This document shows, in pieces, positions 8,245-18,559 of a DNA stretch of 64,000 bases. The notes beneath the pieces are model-generated. The model saw only the letters and a program-made list of their open reading frames with translations. It was not told the origin of the DNA and did no database searches. Every line of letters starts with the position of its first letter. Positions within the stretch are counted from its first letter, which is position 1. Where the stretch lies: the IMG/VR virus record IMGVR_UViG_3300021197_001995, positions 1 through 64,000 of that record; one strand, written 5' to 3'. The translations under genes and the position numbers were made by a program. This stretch comes from a virus.

Positions 8245-9518
8245 AGAGGATTTTATTAGAAGCACCAATCTTAACCAGATCTGGTTACGGAGAGCACTCT
8301 AGACTAGTATTCAGATCACTTAGCACTTTGGAGGGTGTACTCGTGTGCACCAACCCTTTAAATTGGGGAGCCACTAGTTGGATGACTAAAGATTCCGAAG
8401 AAAGAACTCTGATAGAAGAATCGATCTCGAACTATCAGAGAGTAGTGACAGAGGCGAATCAACAAGGGCAAGGGCCAGCTTTCGATGCACAGGTTTTCAT
8501 CGGTATACCTAACGAATTTGAAAAGAAAGCAAGTTACTCTGTATGCATCACCGCCGGCATAGAAACAGATAGAGTATCTCCATCTTGGCTTGCACAAACT
8601 TACCGCGGCATTGACAAGATTGTAGTACCTTCTGAACATGCTAAATCCGGCTTTATAAAAACTTCATACGCAGTAGAAAACCAGAAAACACAAACATCAA
8701 CAGTGTTAGAATGTAACTGCCCAGTGGAAGTAGTACCCTATCCGGTAAAGAATGTCGAGTCTTCACAACTAGATCTAGACATAACTACTAAATTTAATTT
8801 CCTTTCAGTCGCTCTTCTCGGCGCCCGCAAAAACTTAGAGAACATGATTATATGGTTCCTGGATGAATTTGAGAACGATGATGTGGGTATGATTGTCAAA
8901 ACCGGCCACACCGGCGGATCAATAATTGATAAGTCAAGAACAAGAAAACATCTAAAATCGATAATTGAGAAAAAAGATAGAAAATGTAAAGTATATCTTT
9001 TGCATGGAGACCTGACGGAGTCTGAAGTTCACTCTCTGTATAATCGAGATGACATACATGCCTACGTCAACCTGGCTCATGGAGAAGGTTATGGACTACC
9101 TATCTTCGAAGCGGCATACTCAGGCATGCCTGTACTTGCCACCGACTGGTCCGGACATTTAGACTTTCTAACTGCACCATACAAAGAGGGCGGAAAAGAG
9201 AAAATTAAGAAATTGTTTTGTAAGGTTAATTATGATCTGAGAAAAGTACAAGACCATGCAAAATGGAAAGACATTATTGAAGAAGAAAGCTTTTGGGCCT
9301 ATCCAAGAGAATCTTCGTACAAATCACAGTTAAGGTCTATGATAAAAAATTATGGTATGTACAAGAGTTGGGCCCGCAGCTTAAAAGAGACTCTGTTAGT
9401 AACTCACAGTAGCGATAAAATAATGAACATGATGGTGGAAGCACTGGGCGTCCAACCAGAAAAACCAGAAGTTATTGACTGGATGAACATGCAGCAAGAA
9501 GTCGAAGTTATTGGATGA
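8241..9518 (+). CDS. GT4 (GT-B) glycosyltransferase
   Basis: SGYGEHSR, RKNL and HGEGYGLPIFEA...PVLATDWSGHLDF. GGAGG SD before the ATG at 8241. Confidence 0.85.
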   Translation: MKRILLEAPILTRSGYGEHSRLVFRSLSTLEGVLVCTNPLNWGATSWMTKDSEERTLIEESISNYQRVVTEANQQGQGPAFDAQVFIGIPNEFEKKASYSVCITAGIETDRVSPSWLAQTYRGIDKIVVPSEHAKSGFIKTSYAVENQKTQTSTVLECNCPVEVVPYPVKNVESSQLDLDITTKFNFLSVALLGARKNLENMIIWFLDEFENDDVGMIVKTGHTGGSIIDKSRTRKHLKSIIEKKDRKCKVYLLHGDLTESEVHSLYNRDDIHAYVNLAHGEGYGLPIFEAAYSGMPVLATDWSGHLDFLTAPYKEGGKEKIKKLFCKVNYDLRKVQDHAKWKDIIEEESFWAYPRESSYKSQLRSMIKNYGMYKSWARSLKETLLVTHSSDKIMNMMVEALGVQPEKPEVIDWMNMQQEVEVIG

Positions 9519-11161
9519 AGGATCTGACATTCGTATCTGACTTCTTCCTGGAAGACGGAGTCCTAGGCGGAGCGGAGCTTTACAACCACAACTTACTACA
9601 GGAATTAAAAACCAAATACAACATCACCAGAGTAAGATCCCACCTCGTCGACGGTACCCTACTAAATGACAGAAAGAACTCTACCTTCATAGTATCAAAT
9701 TTCATGAACCTCACGGGCCCCATGAAAGAAATACTGAAATCACTAGACTACATAATACTAGAACACGACCATAAGTATGTAGCTACAAACGATCCATCTA
9801 AATTCGTAAACATGATAGCTCCACGAAGCCAGGTAATAAACCAAGAGTTTTTTCATAAGGCAAGAGCAGTTTTGTGCCAGAGTAAGATTCACGCAGAGGT
9901 GCTGCAAAAGAATCTTTTGTTAGATAGGGTTGTAAACCTTTCATGTAACTTGTGGTCAAATGAACAGCTTGAACTGCTAAATTCCTTCACAAATAGCGAA
10001 AAAAAGACAGAATATGCCTATTTGCAGTCCGGAAACCGCAACAAAGGCATGCATGCAGCAGTAAAGTTTTGTAAAGATAATCAAATTTCTGCCTATCCAA
10101 TACCTAATTTGCCTCAAAAACAGTTCTTCAAGGAGTTATCTGGGGTCGAAAAGTTGATCTTTTTTCCACAATGGCTTGAATCATTTAACCGTCTGGTCGT
10201 CGAGGCCAAGATTCTTGGTTGTAAGATCGTCACGAACAAGCTTTTGGGCGTTGCTAGCGAGAAATGGTTCCGAGAAACAAAGGCAGAGGACCTAATTGCC
10301 ACACTGAGAGAGAAGAGAAATGGGGTATTGGGTGTGATTACTACGTTTATCGAAGGTAATGAGACGAAAGAGTTGTTTATTGACCCAATAAAAGTACCAA
10401 AAATCACAATTATTACCTCACTTTACAAGGCAAGCGCATACATAGAGAATTTTATGAAAAACATAACGTCTCAAACCGTCTTTGATAAGTGTGAACTGTT
10501 GATTCTCGACGCGAATTCTCCGGACGGGGAATACGAATCGTGTATAAAAGGCTATGAAGACAGGTTTTCAAACATAAAATACACCAAACTACCAACTAGA
10601 GTTGGAGTACAAGAGACTATGAACCTTGGCATAGAGATGTCGACAGGTGAAATACTAACAATTGCAAATGTCGACGACCTGAGGTTACCAACTCAGTTAG
10701 AGGAAATGTCAAAGCTGCTAGCAGTCGATGAAGATTGCGACCTAGTATATTCAGATTGCCATGAGGTAGATCAGATAGTGTCAGATGTGTCTAATTTTAG
10801 AAGTAAAAGAATGTATGAACACTCTAGACTTGAGTTTTCCAAAGAGAACATGATAAAATGTTTACCTGGGCCAATGCCAATGTGGCGCAAATCGATACAT
10901 AAGGATTTGGGAAACTTCGACACCACTCTCAAGTACGCTGCAGATTGGGACATGTGGTTAAGAGCGGTAAGATCAGGATGCAAATTTAAAAAATTTGAAA
11001 AAGCTCTTGGTTTGTATTATAATAACCCGAAAGGTCTTTCAACTTCGCAATCCAACAGTAAAGAAAGATTCGAAGAAGAAAAATTGATCTTCAACCGAAA
11101 CAAGGACATCTTTGGCAAAAGTGTGGCCCAGACCTTTGAAGGATATTTTAATGGAAGCTAA
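9515..11161 (+). CDS. Bifunctional glycosyltransferase (GT-B-like N-terminus plus GT2 C-terminus)
   Basis: N-half has GGAEL and ESFNRLVVEAKILGC. C-half has ITIITSLY, ILDANSPD, ANVDD and AADWDMWLR. Confidence 0.8.
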   Translation: MKDLTFVSDFFLEDGVLGGAELYNHNLLQELKTKYNITRVRSHLVDGTLLNDRKNSTFIVSNFMNLTGPMKEILKSLDYIILEHDHKYVATNDPSKFVNMIAPRSQVINQEFFHKARAVLCQSKIHAEVLQKNLLLDRVVNLSCNLWSNEQLELLNSFTNSEKKTEYAYLQSGNRNKGMHAAVKFCKDNQISAYPIPNLPQKQFFKELSGVEKLIFFPQWLESFNRLVVEAKILGCKIVTNKLLGVASEKWFRETKAEDLIATLREKRNGVLGVITTFIEGNETKELFIDPIKVPKITIITSLYKASAYIENFMKNITSQTVFDKCELLILDANSPDGEYESCIKGYEDRFSNIKYTKLPTRVGVQETMNLGIEMSTGEILTIANVDDLRLPTQLEEMSKLLAVDEDCDLVYSDCHEVDQIVSDVSNFRSKRMYEHSRLEFSKENMIKCLPGPMPMWRKSIHKDLGNFDTTLKYAADWDMWLRAVRSGCKFKKFEKALGLYYNNPKGLSTSQSNSKERFEEEKLIFNRNKDIFGKSVAQTFEGYFNGS

Positions 11162-12173
11162 AAAATTTTTAATTATTGATTCAAGACCCTATGGATTGTT
11201 TTCAATTTTCTTGCATACTGTTGACAACATAATGTGGGCGAAAGAAAACGATTACGTCCCGGTAGTGCGTTGGGGCCCTGGCCGAACAGATGTTAACTTA
11301 AACAGACCTGGAGCCGAAAAAGCCACACAGCTAGGCAACCCTGTTCATGTTGGAGATTCTCCAAACTTTTCTACTTCAGCGAAAAATTCAGAAAAGTCTC
11401 CCTGTCTGTACGCAGATACATCCAAAGCGTTAAGTCCAACTTATTCATGCTGGGAGCATTTTTTTGAAAAGGTGTCAAGTACAAGTCTCTCGTCAGCCCT
11501 CGCCGGCACTTACGAAGAATCGGACATTTTCCAGGTTGGGTTTCATGACCTCGACCCCGCTACACTGAATGATAAATTCTTAATCTACAATTTACATAGC
11601 TACACACCACTGAACCTGTGGACCCACTGTTATTTAAACAGCGATGGCTTGTTGCAACACAGGAGGAAAGTTGGAGAAATTATTAGAGAGTCAATACACC
11701 CGACAAAACAGATCACGACCATGGTCGAGAGCTTCGCAAGAGAACATTTTTCCAATAACATGATTGGAGTACACATAAGAGGCACAGATAAAGCCTCTGA
11801 GTCGAAGATAGGCCAACGTCCAACGATTACCATAGAAGACTATCTAGCGAAGCTTAGACGCCTTATAAGCAAGAACCCTGAAGCCACTCTGTTTATTGCT
11901 TCTGATAATAACGAATCAATAAAAGTGATTTTTGAAACCTTCCCAAAGAACAAAAAAGTAGTATACACTTGTACTAGGATGTCGACATATGACTCCGTAG
12001 TACCTGTATGCTTGACTGAGGCTGCTAGCGCGCAGCTTGGCCAAGAAGCTTTGATAGATTGCCTATTGTTATCCAAGTGCGATAATTTAGTGTGCACTGA
12101 TTCCAACCTGGCCGCGGCCGCGGCATACTTCAACCCCGAGTCTAAGATAGAATTCGTAAACATAAAGGAATAA
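11151..12173 (+). CDS. NodZ/GT23-like fucosyltransferase
   Basis: GLFS at the N-terminus, GVHIRGTDK, FIASD and EALIDCLLLSKC....TDSN. Confidence 0.7.
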   Translation: MEAKKFLIIDSRPYGLFSIFLHTVDNIMWAKENDYVPVVRWGPGRTDVNLNRPGAEKATQLGNPVHVGDSPNFSTSAKNSEKSPCLYADTSKALSPTYSCWEHFFEKVSSTSLSSALAGTYEESDIFQVGFHDLDPATLNDKFLIYNLHSYTPLNLWTHCYLNSDGLLQHRRKVGEIIRESIHPTKQITTMVESFAREHFSNNMIGVHIRGTDKASESKIGQRPTITIEDYLAKLRRLISKNPEATLFIASDNNESIKVIFETFPKNKKVVYTCTRMSTYDSVVPVCLTEAASAQLGQEALIDCLLLSKCDNLVCTDSNLAAAAAYFNPESKIEFVNIKE

Positions 12174-12174
12174 A

Positions 12175-13221
12175 ATGAATACAGATAATAGGTTTTTAAT
12201 AATAGATTCAAGGCCTTATGGTCTTTTTTCCATTTTTCTTCATACAATAGATAACATTAAATGGGCAAAAGACAACGGGTACATCCCTGTGGTGCGTTGG
12301 GGCCCTGGCCGCCGAGACCCTAACCACGGAAGACCGGGAGTGAGAGAATACTTCGAAACTAGCGACGCGACAGTTTTGGATAAGAACAACTTCTTAAAAG
12401 AATCAACCGCGGACTCATACAATAACACACCTGGGATGAAACACTGCCAAAACCTTTACTGGTCAAAAGAGGGATGGAACGGGTCGACCAATCCGTGGAA
12501 CTACTATTTTGAACCACTTAATCCTCACACCATCTCAGAAGCAGAAGCTTCGGAGAATGACGTAGCAGACATTTTTATGGTCGGCGAACTCGATGATAAT
12601 CTCGAAAACAAGTTTCTAATTAAAAGTGTTTGTACATATGAGCCGCTAGCTTTATGGGACATACTTGGAACTGACCTTGAGCAAGTACACAGGACAGCAG
12701 TATTCGAAGTGATAGACGACAATGTGAAGATAAGAAAAGAAACATCAGCAAAGATAGAAAACTTTTATAAGGAGCATTTTATACAAGGTCAAAGGGTTTT
12801 AGCGGTTCATGTAAGAGGAACAGATAAAAAGATGGAGTACCCTCATAAAGCTCTGCCCATTTCAGCATATTTGAATGCGATAAAATCTTATTTAGATAGT
12901 ACAAAAGAAAAAGTAAGCTTATACATCGCTTCCGACAACAATGAAGCAATAGGTGAGATAATATCAAACTTTAATAAAGAAGTAGAGAAGGTGATAGTGT
13001 ACCCGTCAGTTCGAATGCCCAAATATTTTTCCAAAGATCCAATTTGCTTAACTTCAGCAACTGGCCCGGGCCATGGAGAAGAAGTGTTAATAGAAACAAA
13101 GTTGCTCTCAAGATGCAATCACATTATTTGCACAGATTCGAATGTTGCAGCTGCAGCAATTTACATGAATCCAGAAATGACTGTAGATTACTTAAACCGG
13201 AGTTACGGCAAAAGAGGGTAG
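12175..13221 (+). CDS. NodZ/GT23-like fucosyltransferase (paralogue)
   Basis: AVHVRGTDK, YIASD and EVLIETKLLSRC..IICTDSN. The N-terminus is nearly identical to that of the upstream gene. Confidence 0.7.
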   Translation: MNTDNRFLIIDSRPYGLFSIFLHTIDNIKWAKDNGYIPVVRWGPGRRDPNHGRPGVREYFETSDATVLDKNNFLKESTADSYNNTPGMKHCQNLYWSKEGWNGSTNPWNYYFEPLNPHTISEAEASENDVADIFMVGELDDNLENKFLIKSVCTYEPLALWDILGTDLEQVHRTAVFEVIDDNVKIRKETSAKIENFYKEHFIQGQRVLAVHVRGTDKKMEYPHKALPISAYLNAIKSYLDSTKEKVSLYIASDNNEAIGEIISNFNKEVEKVIVYPSVRMPKYFSKDPICLTSATGPGHGEEVLIETKLLSRCNHIICTDSNVAAAAIYMNPEMTVDYLNRSYGKRG

Positions 13222-13225
13222 CGTA

Positions 13226-13972
13226 GTGAACAAAGAAACAAAAGAAATAAGAAGAATGATCCTTGAGACTTCGCACAACGCCCAAGCAGGCCACATGCCG
13301 TCGGCAATGTCAATCGTAGAAATTGTTTATACAATCTATAAAGATATAAGAGATGAAGACGTTTTCATACTCAGCAAAGGCCATGGCTGTTTGGCATTGT
13401 ATTCGGTATTCGCAAAGATGGGAATAATTCCAAAAGAAGAATTGAATACATTTTGCAAATACGATAGCCGGCTCGGAGGACATCCTCACTCTGGAAAGAT
13501 GAAAGAGATTTATTCTTCTTCTGGCTCCCTTGGCCATGGCCTACCGATGGCTGTAGGTGTTGCATTAGCAAAAAAGATAAGCAATTGCCCGGGCAGAGTG
13601 TTTTGCTTAATCGGCGACGGGGAGTCAAACGAAGGAACAATCTGGGAATCGTTCTTATTAGCTAACAATCTCAATCTAGATAACCTGGTTTGCTTGGTGG
13701 ATGACAACAACTCACAGGCAAGATCTTTACCCATGGAAGCAATCGAAAAAAAGATAGAGCAATTCGGATGGTCTGTAAAAACGTGCAATGGTCATGATCA
13801 AAAAGAAATAAAATTAAAACTGAAGAAACAAGATAGCCCGCTGTGTCTGGTGTGTAAAACAATAAAAGGAAAAGGCTTCCGGTCAATGGAAGACAACATG
13901 TTCGCTTGGCACCATGGCCCCCCAAGCGACGATCAGCTTAAAATTTTGCTAAAGGAGCTTGAAGATGCGTAA
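13226..13972 (+). CDS. Transketolase-like enzyme, N-terminal ThDP-binding subunit
   Basis: AGH.PSAMS, FILSKGH, GHP, SSGSLGHG and GDGE.NEG...DDN. Confidence 0.9.
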   Translation: MNKETKEIRRMILETSHNAQAGHMPSAMSIVEIVYTIYKDIRDEDVFILSKGHGCLALYSVFAKMGIIPKEELNTFCKYDSRLGGHPHSGKMKEIYSSSGSLGHGLPMAVGVALAKKISNCPGRVFCLIGDGESNEGTIWESFLLANNLNLDNLVCLVDDNNSQARSLPMEAIEKKIEQFGWSVKTCNGHDQKEIKLKLKKQDSPLCLVCKTIKGKGFRSMEDNMFAWHHGPPSDDQLKILLKELEDA

Positions 13973-14852
13973 AAGATTTGCAGAAAATCTAATTTCTCTT
14001 GCAGAGAAAGATGATAAGCTTGTGGTTTTAATTGGAGACATAAGCCACTACCTCTTAAAAGAATTTGAAGAAAGGTACCCAGACAGGTTTTACAACACGG
14101 GTATCTGCGAGCAATCTATGGTCAGCATGGCAGCAGGGTTAGCCTCACAGGGCTTCAGACCCGTCGTGCATACCATCGCCCCGTTTTGTGTTGAACGAGC
14201 CTTTGAGCAGATAAAGATAGACTTGTGCTACCAGAACTTAGATGTGACCATAGTATCTGTTGGTTCGTCATTTGATTACGCACACCTAGGATGCACTCAT
14301 CATTGCTATGAAGACATCTCGATTTTAAGATCCTTGCCAAACATCGATTTGTTCATTCCAGGGAACTCTGACGAGTTCACTTCTTTGATGCTTTCTTCTT
14401 GGTCCAACGGCCGACCCAAGTACTTTAAATTGTCAAAAGATGAACACACTCAAGAGACGAAGGTTAAACCTTATGAGTGCCAGGTATTAAACGCGGGGAA
14501 AGCTGCAACCGCAATCTTTGTAACAGGGCATCTACTACAAGAAGTTATGAAGATCCCAAACATAAAAAACTATACAGTAGTTTATAGCCCTACAATCGAA
14601 CCATTATCTAAGAGAGCTCAGGATTTAATCGCAGAAGTAGTGAGAACGCACAGTAAGGTTGTCACTGTTGAGGAGAACTCTACCATCGGAGCTTTTGGTG
14701 ACAAAATAAATGATATAGCGATGAACTACAATCATCCGATTTTAAATAAAAAAATAGGAATACCTAGACTCTTTTGCGACAACTATGGAACTGCTACTGA
14801 ACACCGTCAAGTTTTAGGTCTAACATCATTAGAAATAGAGAAGAAATTATGA
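13965..14852 (+). CDS. Transketolase-like enzyme, C-terminal subunit
   Basis: NTGICEQ, RAFEQIK, GCTHH..ED and VEE. AAGGAG SD before the ATG at 13965. Confidence 0.88.
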   Translation: MRKRFAENLISLAEKDDKLVVLIGDISHYLLKEFEERYPDRFYNTGICEQSMVSMAAGLASQGFRPVVHTIAPFCVERAFEQIKIDLCYQNLDVTIVSVGSSFDYAHLGCTHHCYEDISILRSLPNIDLFIPGNSDEFTSLMLSSWSNGRPKYFKLSKDEHTQETKVKPYECQVLNAGKAATAIFVTGHLLQEVMKIPNIKNYTVVYSPTIEPLSKRAQDLIAEVVRTHSKVVTVEENSTIGAFGDKINDIAMNYNHPILNKKIGIPRLFCDNYGTATEHRQVLGLTSLEIEKKL

Positions 14853-15904
14853 AATACAATTACGAAGTGATAAAAGAAGAGACCACTCGCTTAATACATG
14901 CGGATAACTTTCCAGAGTTAAAAGGCAAAACAGTGATCATTACCGGCGCCAACGGCTTGATAGGTGGTTTTCTAGCGGACTTTTTATGTCACTTGAACGA
15001 TGCGCTGGATTACAAGATAAAACTACTTCTGACTTCATACAGTCCCGTAGAGAGAGCAGCCAGAGTGTCTCACTTAACTTCCAGGCCCGACGTGACCTAT
15101 TTTTCTTGGGACTGCTCACTGCCATTTGGGGAGACTCAAATCAAAGATGTCGATATAATAATTTTCTCATCTGGATACGGACAACCATCTAGGTTTTTAG
15201 AGAACAAGATAAAAACAACGATGATAAATATAATAGGAGTGAGATCTCTGATCGACCACTTTAGGAGAGAACAGGAAAACAAAGTTAAGTTTCTGTTCTT
15301 GAGTACCAGCGAAGTGTACGGCAGCCCAGATGAATATCCTACTACTGAAGAGTTCTCTGGAAGAATAGACATGTCCAACAACCGAGCGTGCTACATCATT
15401 TCTAAACTTGCTGGCGAAGTGTTGTGTAAGGAATACAATGATAGTTCCGAAGTAGAAGCTAAATCGGCAAGAGTGGCACTTACCTATGGCCCAGGCACTT
15501 CAAGATCAGACACACGCGTGCTTCAAGAATTTGTCTTCAAAGCCGTCGATGATAAGAAAATAAAGATGTTTGATGAGGGCAAGTCAATCAGAAATTATTT
15601 GTACATAACCGATTGTTGTGAGATTTTGCTAAAAATACTTTTAAGAGGAAGGGAAAGTGTTTATAATGTAGGGGGAGACACCGAGGAAATTAGCATTCAT
15701 AGTCTCGCAGAAACGATCGCCGAAAACTTTAAGGTTCCAGTAGAAAAAGGAACCAGAAAATCATCCGCAACATCAAGCGCCCCAAACAAAGTAGGTCTTT
15801 CGATGGATAGATTTCGAAGTGAATTTCCAAGCTATGGCCCTAACATAGTCGATTTAGAAACAGGGATAAAACAAACATTGAGGTGGTATAAATTACATGA
15901 TTAA
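14849..15904 (+). CDS. NAD-dependent nucleotide-sugar epimerase/dehydratase/decarboxylase (extended SDR)
   Basis: ITGANGLIG, LSTSEVYG, YIISK (YxxxK), YGPG, RNYLYITD and YNVG. Confidence 0.85.
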   Translation: MKYNYEVIKEETTRLIHADNFPELKGKTVIITGANGLIGGFLADFLCHLNDALDYKIKLLLTSYSPVERAARVSHLTSRPDVTYFSWDCSLPFGETQIKDVDIIIFSSGYGQPSRFLENKIKTTMINIIGVRSLIDHFRREQENKVKFLFLSTSEVYGSPDEYPTTEEFSGRIDMSNNRACYIISKLAGEVLCKEYNDSSEVEAKSARVALTYGPGTSRSDTRVLQEFVFKAVDDKKIKMFDEGKSIRNYLYITDCCEILLKILLRGRESVYNVGGDTEEISIHSLAETIAENFKVPVEKGTRKSSATSSAPNKVGLSMDRFRSEFPSYGPNIVDLETGIKQTLRWYKLHD

Positions 15905-16808
15905 AAAAATAACAATACAAGATTTCGAAAGCGCTTTTGGAGAAGAATTATCTTCTTTTGTGAAAGAGAAGATCTCCGGATTCATTTTCGAGTATGAAGA
16001 GGTGCAGGAGAGAGAGAAAGATTTTTTAGTACTAAACATTTTGAAAAGCATTTCTGCAGGCCTAAGAAAAGCCGGCCCACACCGAGAGCAAGATTGGATC
16101 CATGGTTGGGCTGAAAACCGAGATGAGGTTAAGCAGTCAATAAAACCGAAGTACTTCGGTAAGCTTCCCCATGTACGATGGAAAGGAAAGTTCATAAAAC
16201 CCATATCGGAAGACTTTGAGTACAACATGGCACAGGTTCTGCAATTTTGGCTATTCGAGAAGTACATGTCAGGGTTTACTTCTATCTACGAGTTTGGCTG
16301 CGGCACAGCTCACAATCTGCTTAGAGCAGAAGAAGTCAGTCCTGCAGCCAAACTGTACGGACTAGATTGGGCAACCTCATCTCAGGAGACGATTAGAGAA
16401 ATAAATAAATTACACGGCAAAGACATCCAAGGTCACAACTTTAACTTTTTTGAAATAGATCACAATCTTAAACTTGATGAATCCTCAGCCGTCTATACGT
16501 TTGCAGCATTGGAGCAGGTGGGAGAAGACCATACTGATTTCATAGATTATCTAATTGAGCAAAACCCATCTATTTGTTTGCACGTGGAACCAATTGCAGA
16601 GCTGCTGGATCCCGAATCTAATCTCTTAGATCATCTAAGTGTTGAATACTTCCGCGAAAGGAATTATTTAAGAAACTTTTATAACCATTTAAAAGATCTA
16701 GAGACCAGTGGTAAGATAGAAATAATTAAAGCACAAAGAAGCCAAATTGGTAGCTTTTATGTAGATGGATACTCAATCGTAGCCTGGAGGCCAAAATGCC
16801 AGAACTAA
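15897..16808 (+). CDS. Class I SAM-dependent methyltransferase
   Basis: Motif I IYEFGCGTAHNL, YGLDW and ALEQ; located in the sugar cluster. Confidence 0.7.
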   Translation: MIKKITIQDFESAFGEELSSFVKEKISGFIFEYEEVQEREKDFLVLNILKSISAGLRKAGPHREQDWIHGWAENRDEVKQSIKPKYFGKLPHVRWKGKFIKPISEDFEYNMAQVLQFWLFEKYMSGFTSIYEFGCGTAHNLLRAEEVSPAAKLYGLDWATSSQETIREINKLHGKDIQGHNFNFFEIDHNLKLDESSAVYTFAALEQVGEDHTDFIDYLIEQNPSICLHVEPIAELLDPESNLLDHLSVEYFRERNYLRNFYNHLKDLETSGKIEIIKAQRSQIGSFYVDGYSIVAWRPKCQN

Positions 16809-17224
16809 TTTATTCAAAAGAAGACCCTGATCTTTTATTGTTAGCAATCAACCGCAAATCAGAAATAACATCTTCCAGGGTTGACGTTTGCCCATCAGAT
16901 GAATATATTCAAATCTGCGCAAAATCTATGCCAAAAGGAATGACGTTCAAGCCACACAAGCACAACAAACTAGAAAGAATAACCGACTACACTCAGGAAG
17001 CTTGGATAATCTTAGAAGGATCCGTTCACGCAAATTTCTGGGACGTTAATGATCAACCCATACACGAAACAGTCCTAAACTCAGGCGACTGCGCGATTGT
17101 CTTTCGAGCCGGCCACAGTTTTGAGGTCCTAGAAGAAGAAACAATTTTATACGAGGTAAAGTCTGGTCCCTATTACGGAGTAGAAAGAGACAAATCGTTT
17201 TTGGATGGTGACAATGAAGTATGA
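16796..17224 (+). CDS. Cupin-fold sugar isomerase (WbuC-like)
   Basis: PHKH....TQE....EG, GH.FE and EVKSGPY. Confidence 0.7.
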   Translation: MPELIYSKEDPDLLLLAINRKSEITSSRVDVCPSDEYIQICAKSMPKGMTFKPHKHNKLERITDYTQEAWIILEGSVHANFWDVNDQPIHETVLNSGDCAIVFRAGHSFEVLEEETILYEVKSGPYYGVERDKSFLDGDNEV

Positions 17225-17387
17225 GCTGTGGGACATGGTGGCATACGGCCATGACGAGCCGATGGTGCCATTTACGCTAATGGCCACAAGTGACAACTAT
17301 GAAGAAATTTATTTCAGATTCAACAAGATGGTAAAAGATAAACCATGTGTAATTTTTTTAAAAGAAAAGGAAAAAAACAATGACTAA
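17214..17387 (+). CDS. Small hypothetical protein
   Basis: Fills the gap between the cupin gene and gmd, overlapping both. Confidence 0.45.
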   Translation: MKYELWDMVAYGHDEPMVPFTLMATSDNYEEIYFRFNKMVKDKPCVIFLKEKEKNND

Positions 17388-18363
17388 AAAGAGAGCATTA
17401 ATTACCGGCTTAGGCGGCCAAGACGGTAGTTATCTAGCAGAACACTTGCTAGAAAAAGGCTACGAAGTGCACGGAATGATCAGAAGACACTCCGTCGCAG
17501 AAAACCAAGACAGCCGAATAAGTAAAATTACCGATCAAATTGAGACATATTACGGAGACCTCTTAGATGTGCCTTCTTTGGTCAGGATTTTCAAGGAGTC
17601 TCAACCAGATGAGATTTATAACCTTGGAGCGATGTCACACGTAAGAATAAGTTTTGATGTGCCATCTTTCACAATACAAACTAACGGACTAGGGGTGCTA
17701 AACATGTTGGAGACATATAGAACGATGTCCCCAGAAGCAAGGTTTTATCAAGCTAGTTCATCAGAGATGTTTGGGAACTCTGTTGATGACGACGGGATAC
17801 AAAGATTAACAACCCCTATGACACCAGTGAGTCCTTACGGGTGCGCAAAACTGCTAGCCTACAACCTGGTGCGACATTATAGGCATGCCTACAAGTTGCA
17901 CGCGTGCAATGGTATTTTGTTTAATCACGAGTCACCAAGACGAGGTACCAATTTTGTAACTAATAAAGTGGTCAAACGCGCTGTAGAAATTAAGCTGGGA
18001 CTAAAAGATAAGCTAGAACTTGGAAACATGGATTCATTCAGAGATTGGGGCCATTCTAAGGACTATGTTAGGGCAATGAATTTAATAGTAAATCACGAAA
18101 CACCGGATGAATTTATTGTGTCGACAGGGAGAACACACTCAGTCAGGGATCTTTGCGATGTGGTTTTCAAGAAATTGGACTTGGATTATAAAAAATACGT
18201 GACACAAAATCCAAAATTTATGAGACCCGAAGAGCTTAAATATCTTAAGGGAGACTCCTCTAAAGCGCGAGATGTTTTAGGCTGGGTACCAGAATATACT
18301 TTTGAGTCAATGCTCGAAGAAATGATAGAAAATTGGAAGGAGAAATTAAGTAATGAAACTTAG
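17380..18363 (+). CDS. gmd: GDP-mannose 4,6-dehydratase
   Basis: ALITG.GGQDGSYLAE.LL.KGYEVHG, YQASSSEMFG, SPYGCAK, LFNHESPRRG and RDWGH. Confidence 0.95.
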   Translation: MTKKRALITGLGGQDGSYLAEHLLEKGYEVHGMIRRHSVAENQDSRISKITDQIETYYGDLLDVPSLVRIFKESQPDEIYNLGAMSHVRISFDVPSFTIQTNGLGVLNMLETYRTMSPEARFYQASSSEMFGNSVDDDGIQRLTTPMTPVSPYGCAKLLAYNLVRHYRHAYKLHACNGILFNHESPRRGTNFVTNKVVKRAVEIKLGLKDKLELGNMDSFRDWGHSKDYVRAMNLIVNHETPDEFIVSTGRTHSVRDLCDVVFKKLDLDYKKYVTQNPKFMRPEELKYLKGDSSKARDVLGWVPEYTFESMLEEMIENWKEKLSNET

Positions 18364-18559
18364 TAATCAAGCAATGGGAGCCATCATGATGGCGCTGCAA
18401 AAATCCCTATTAGAACAATCAGACATCACACCGGTGTTGAGGTCTTTTGAATTCAACTGTGATAACTCAGGTTCACTGACAGTAGATAATCCACCTGCTT
18501 TTTCAGTTGGAGAAGACACGTTCAACCCTGAAGTGAATAATACGTCAGGATCAGATTAA
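18353..18559 (+). CDS. Hypothetical protein
   Basis: AAGGAG SD; 68 aa. Confidence 0.6.
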   Translation: MKLSNQAMGAIMMALQKSLLEQSDITPVLRSFEFNCDNSGSLTVDNPPAFSVGEDTFNPEVNNTSGSD

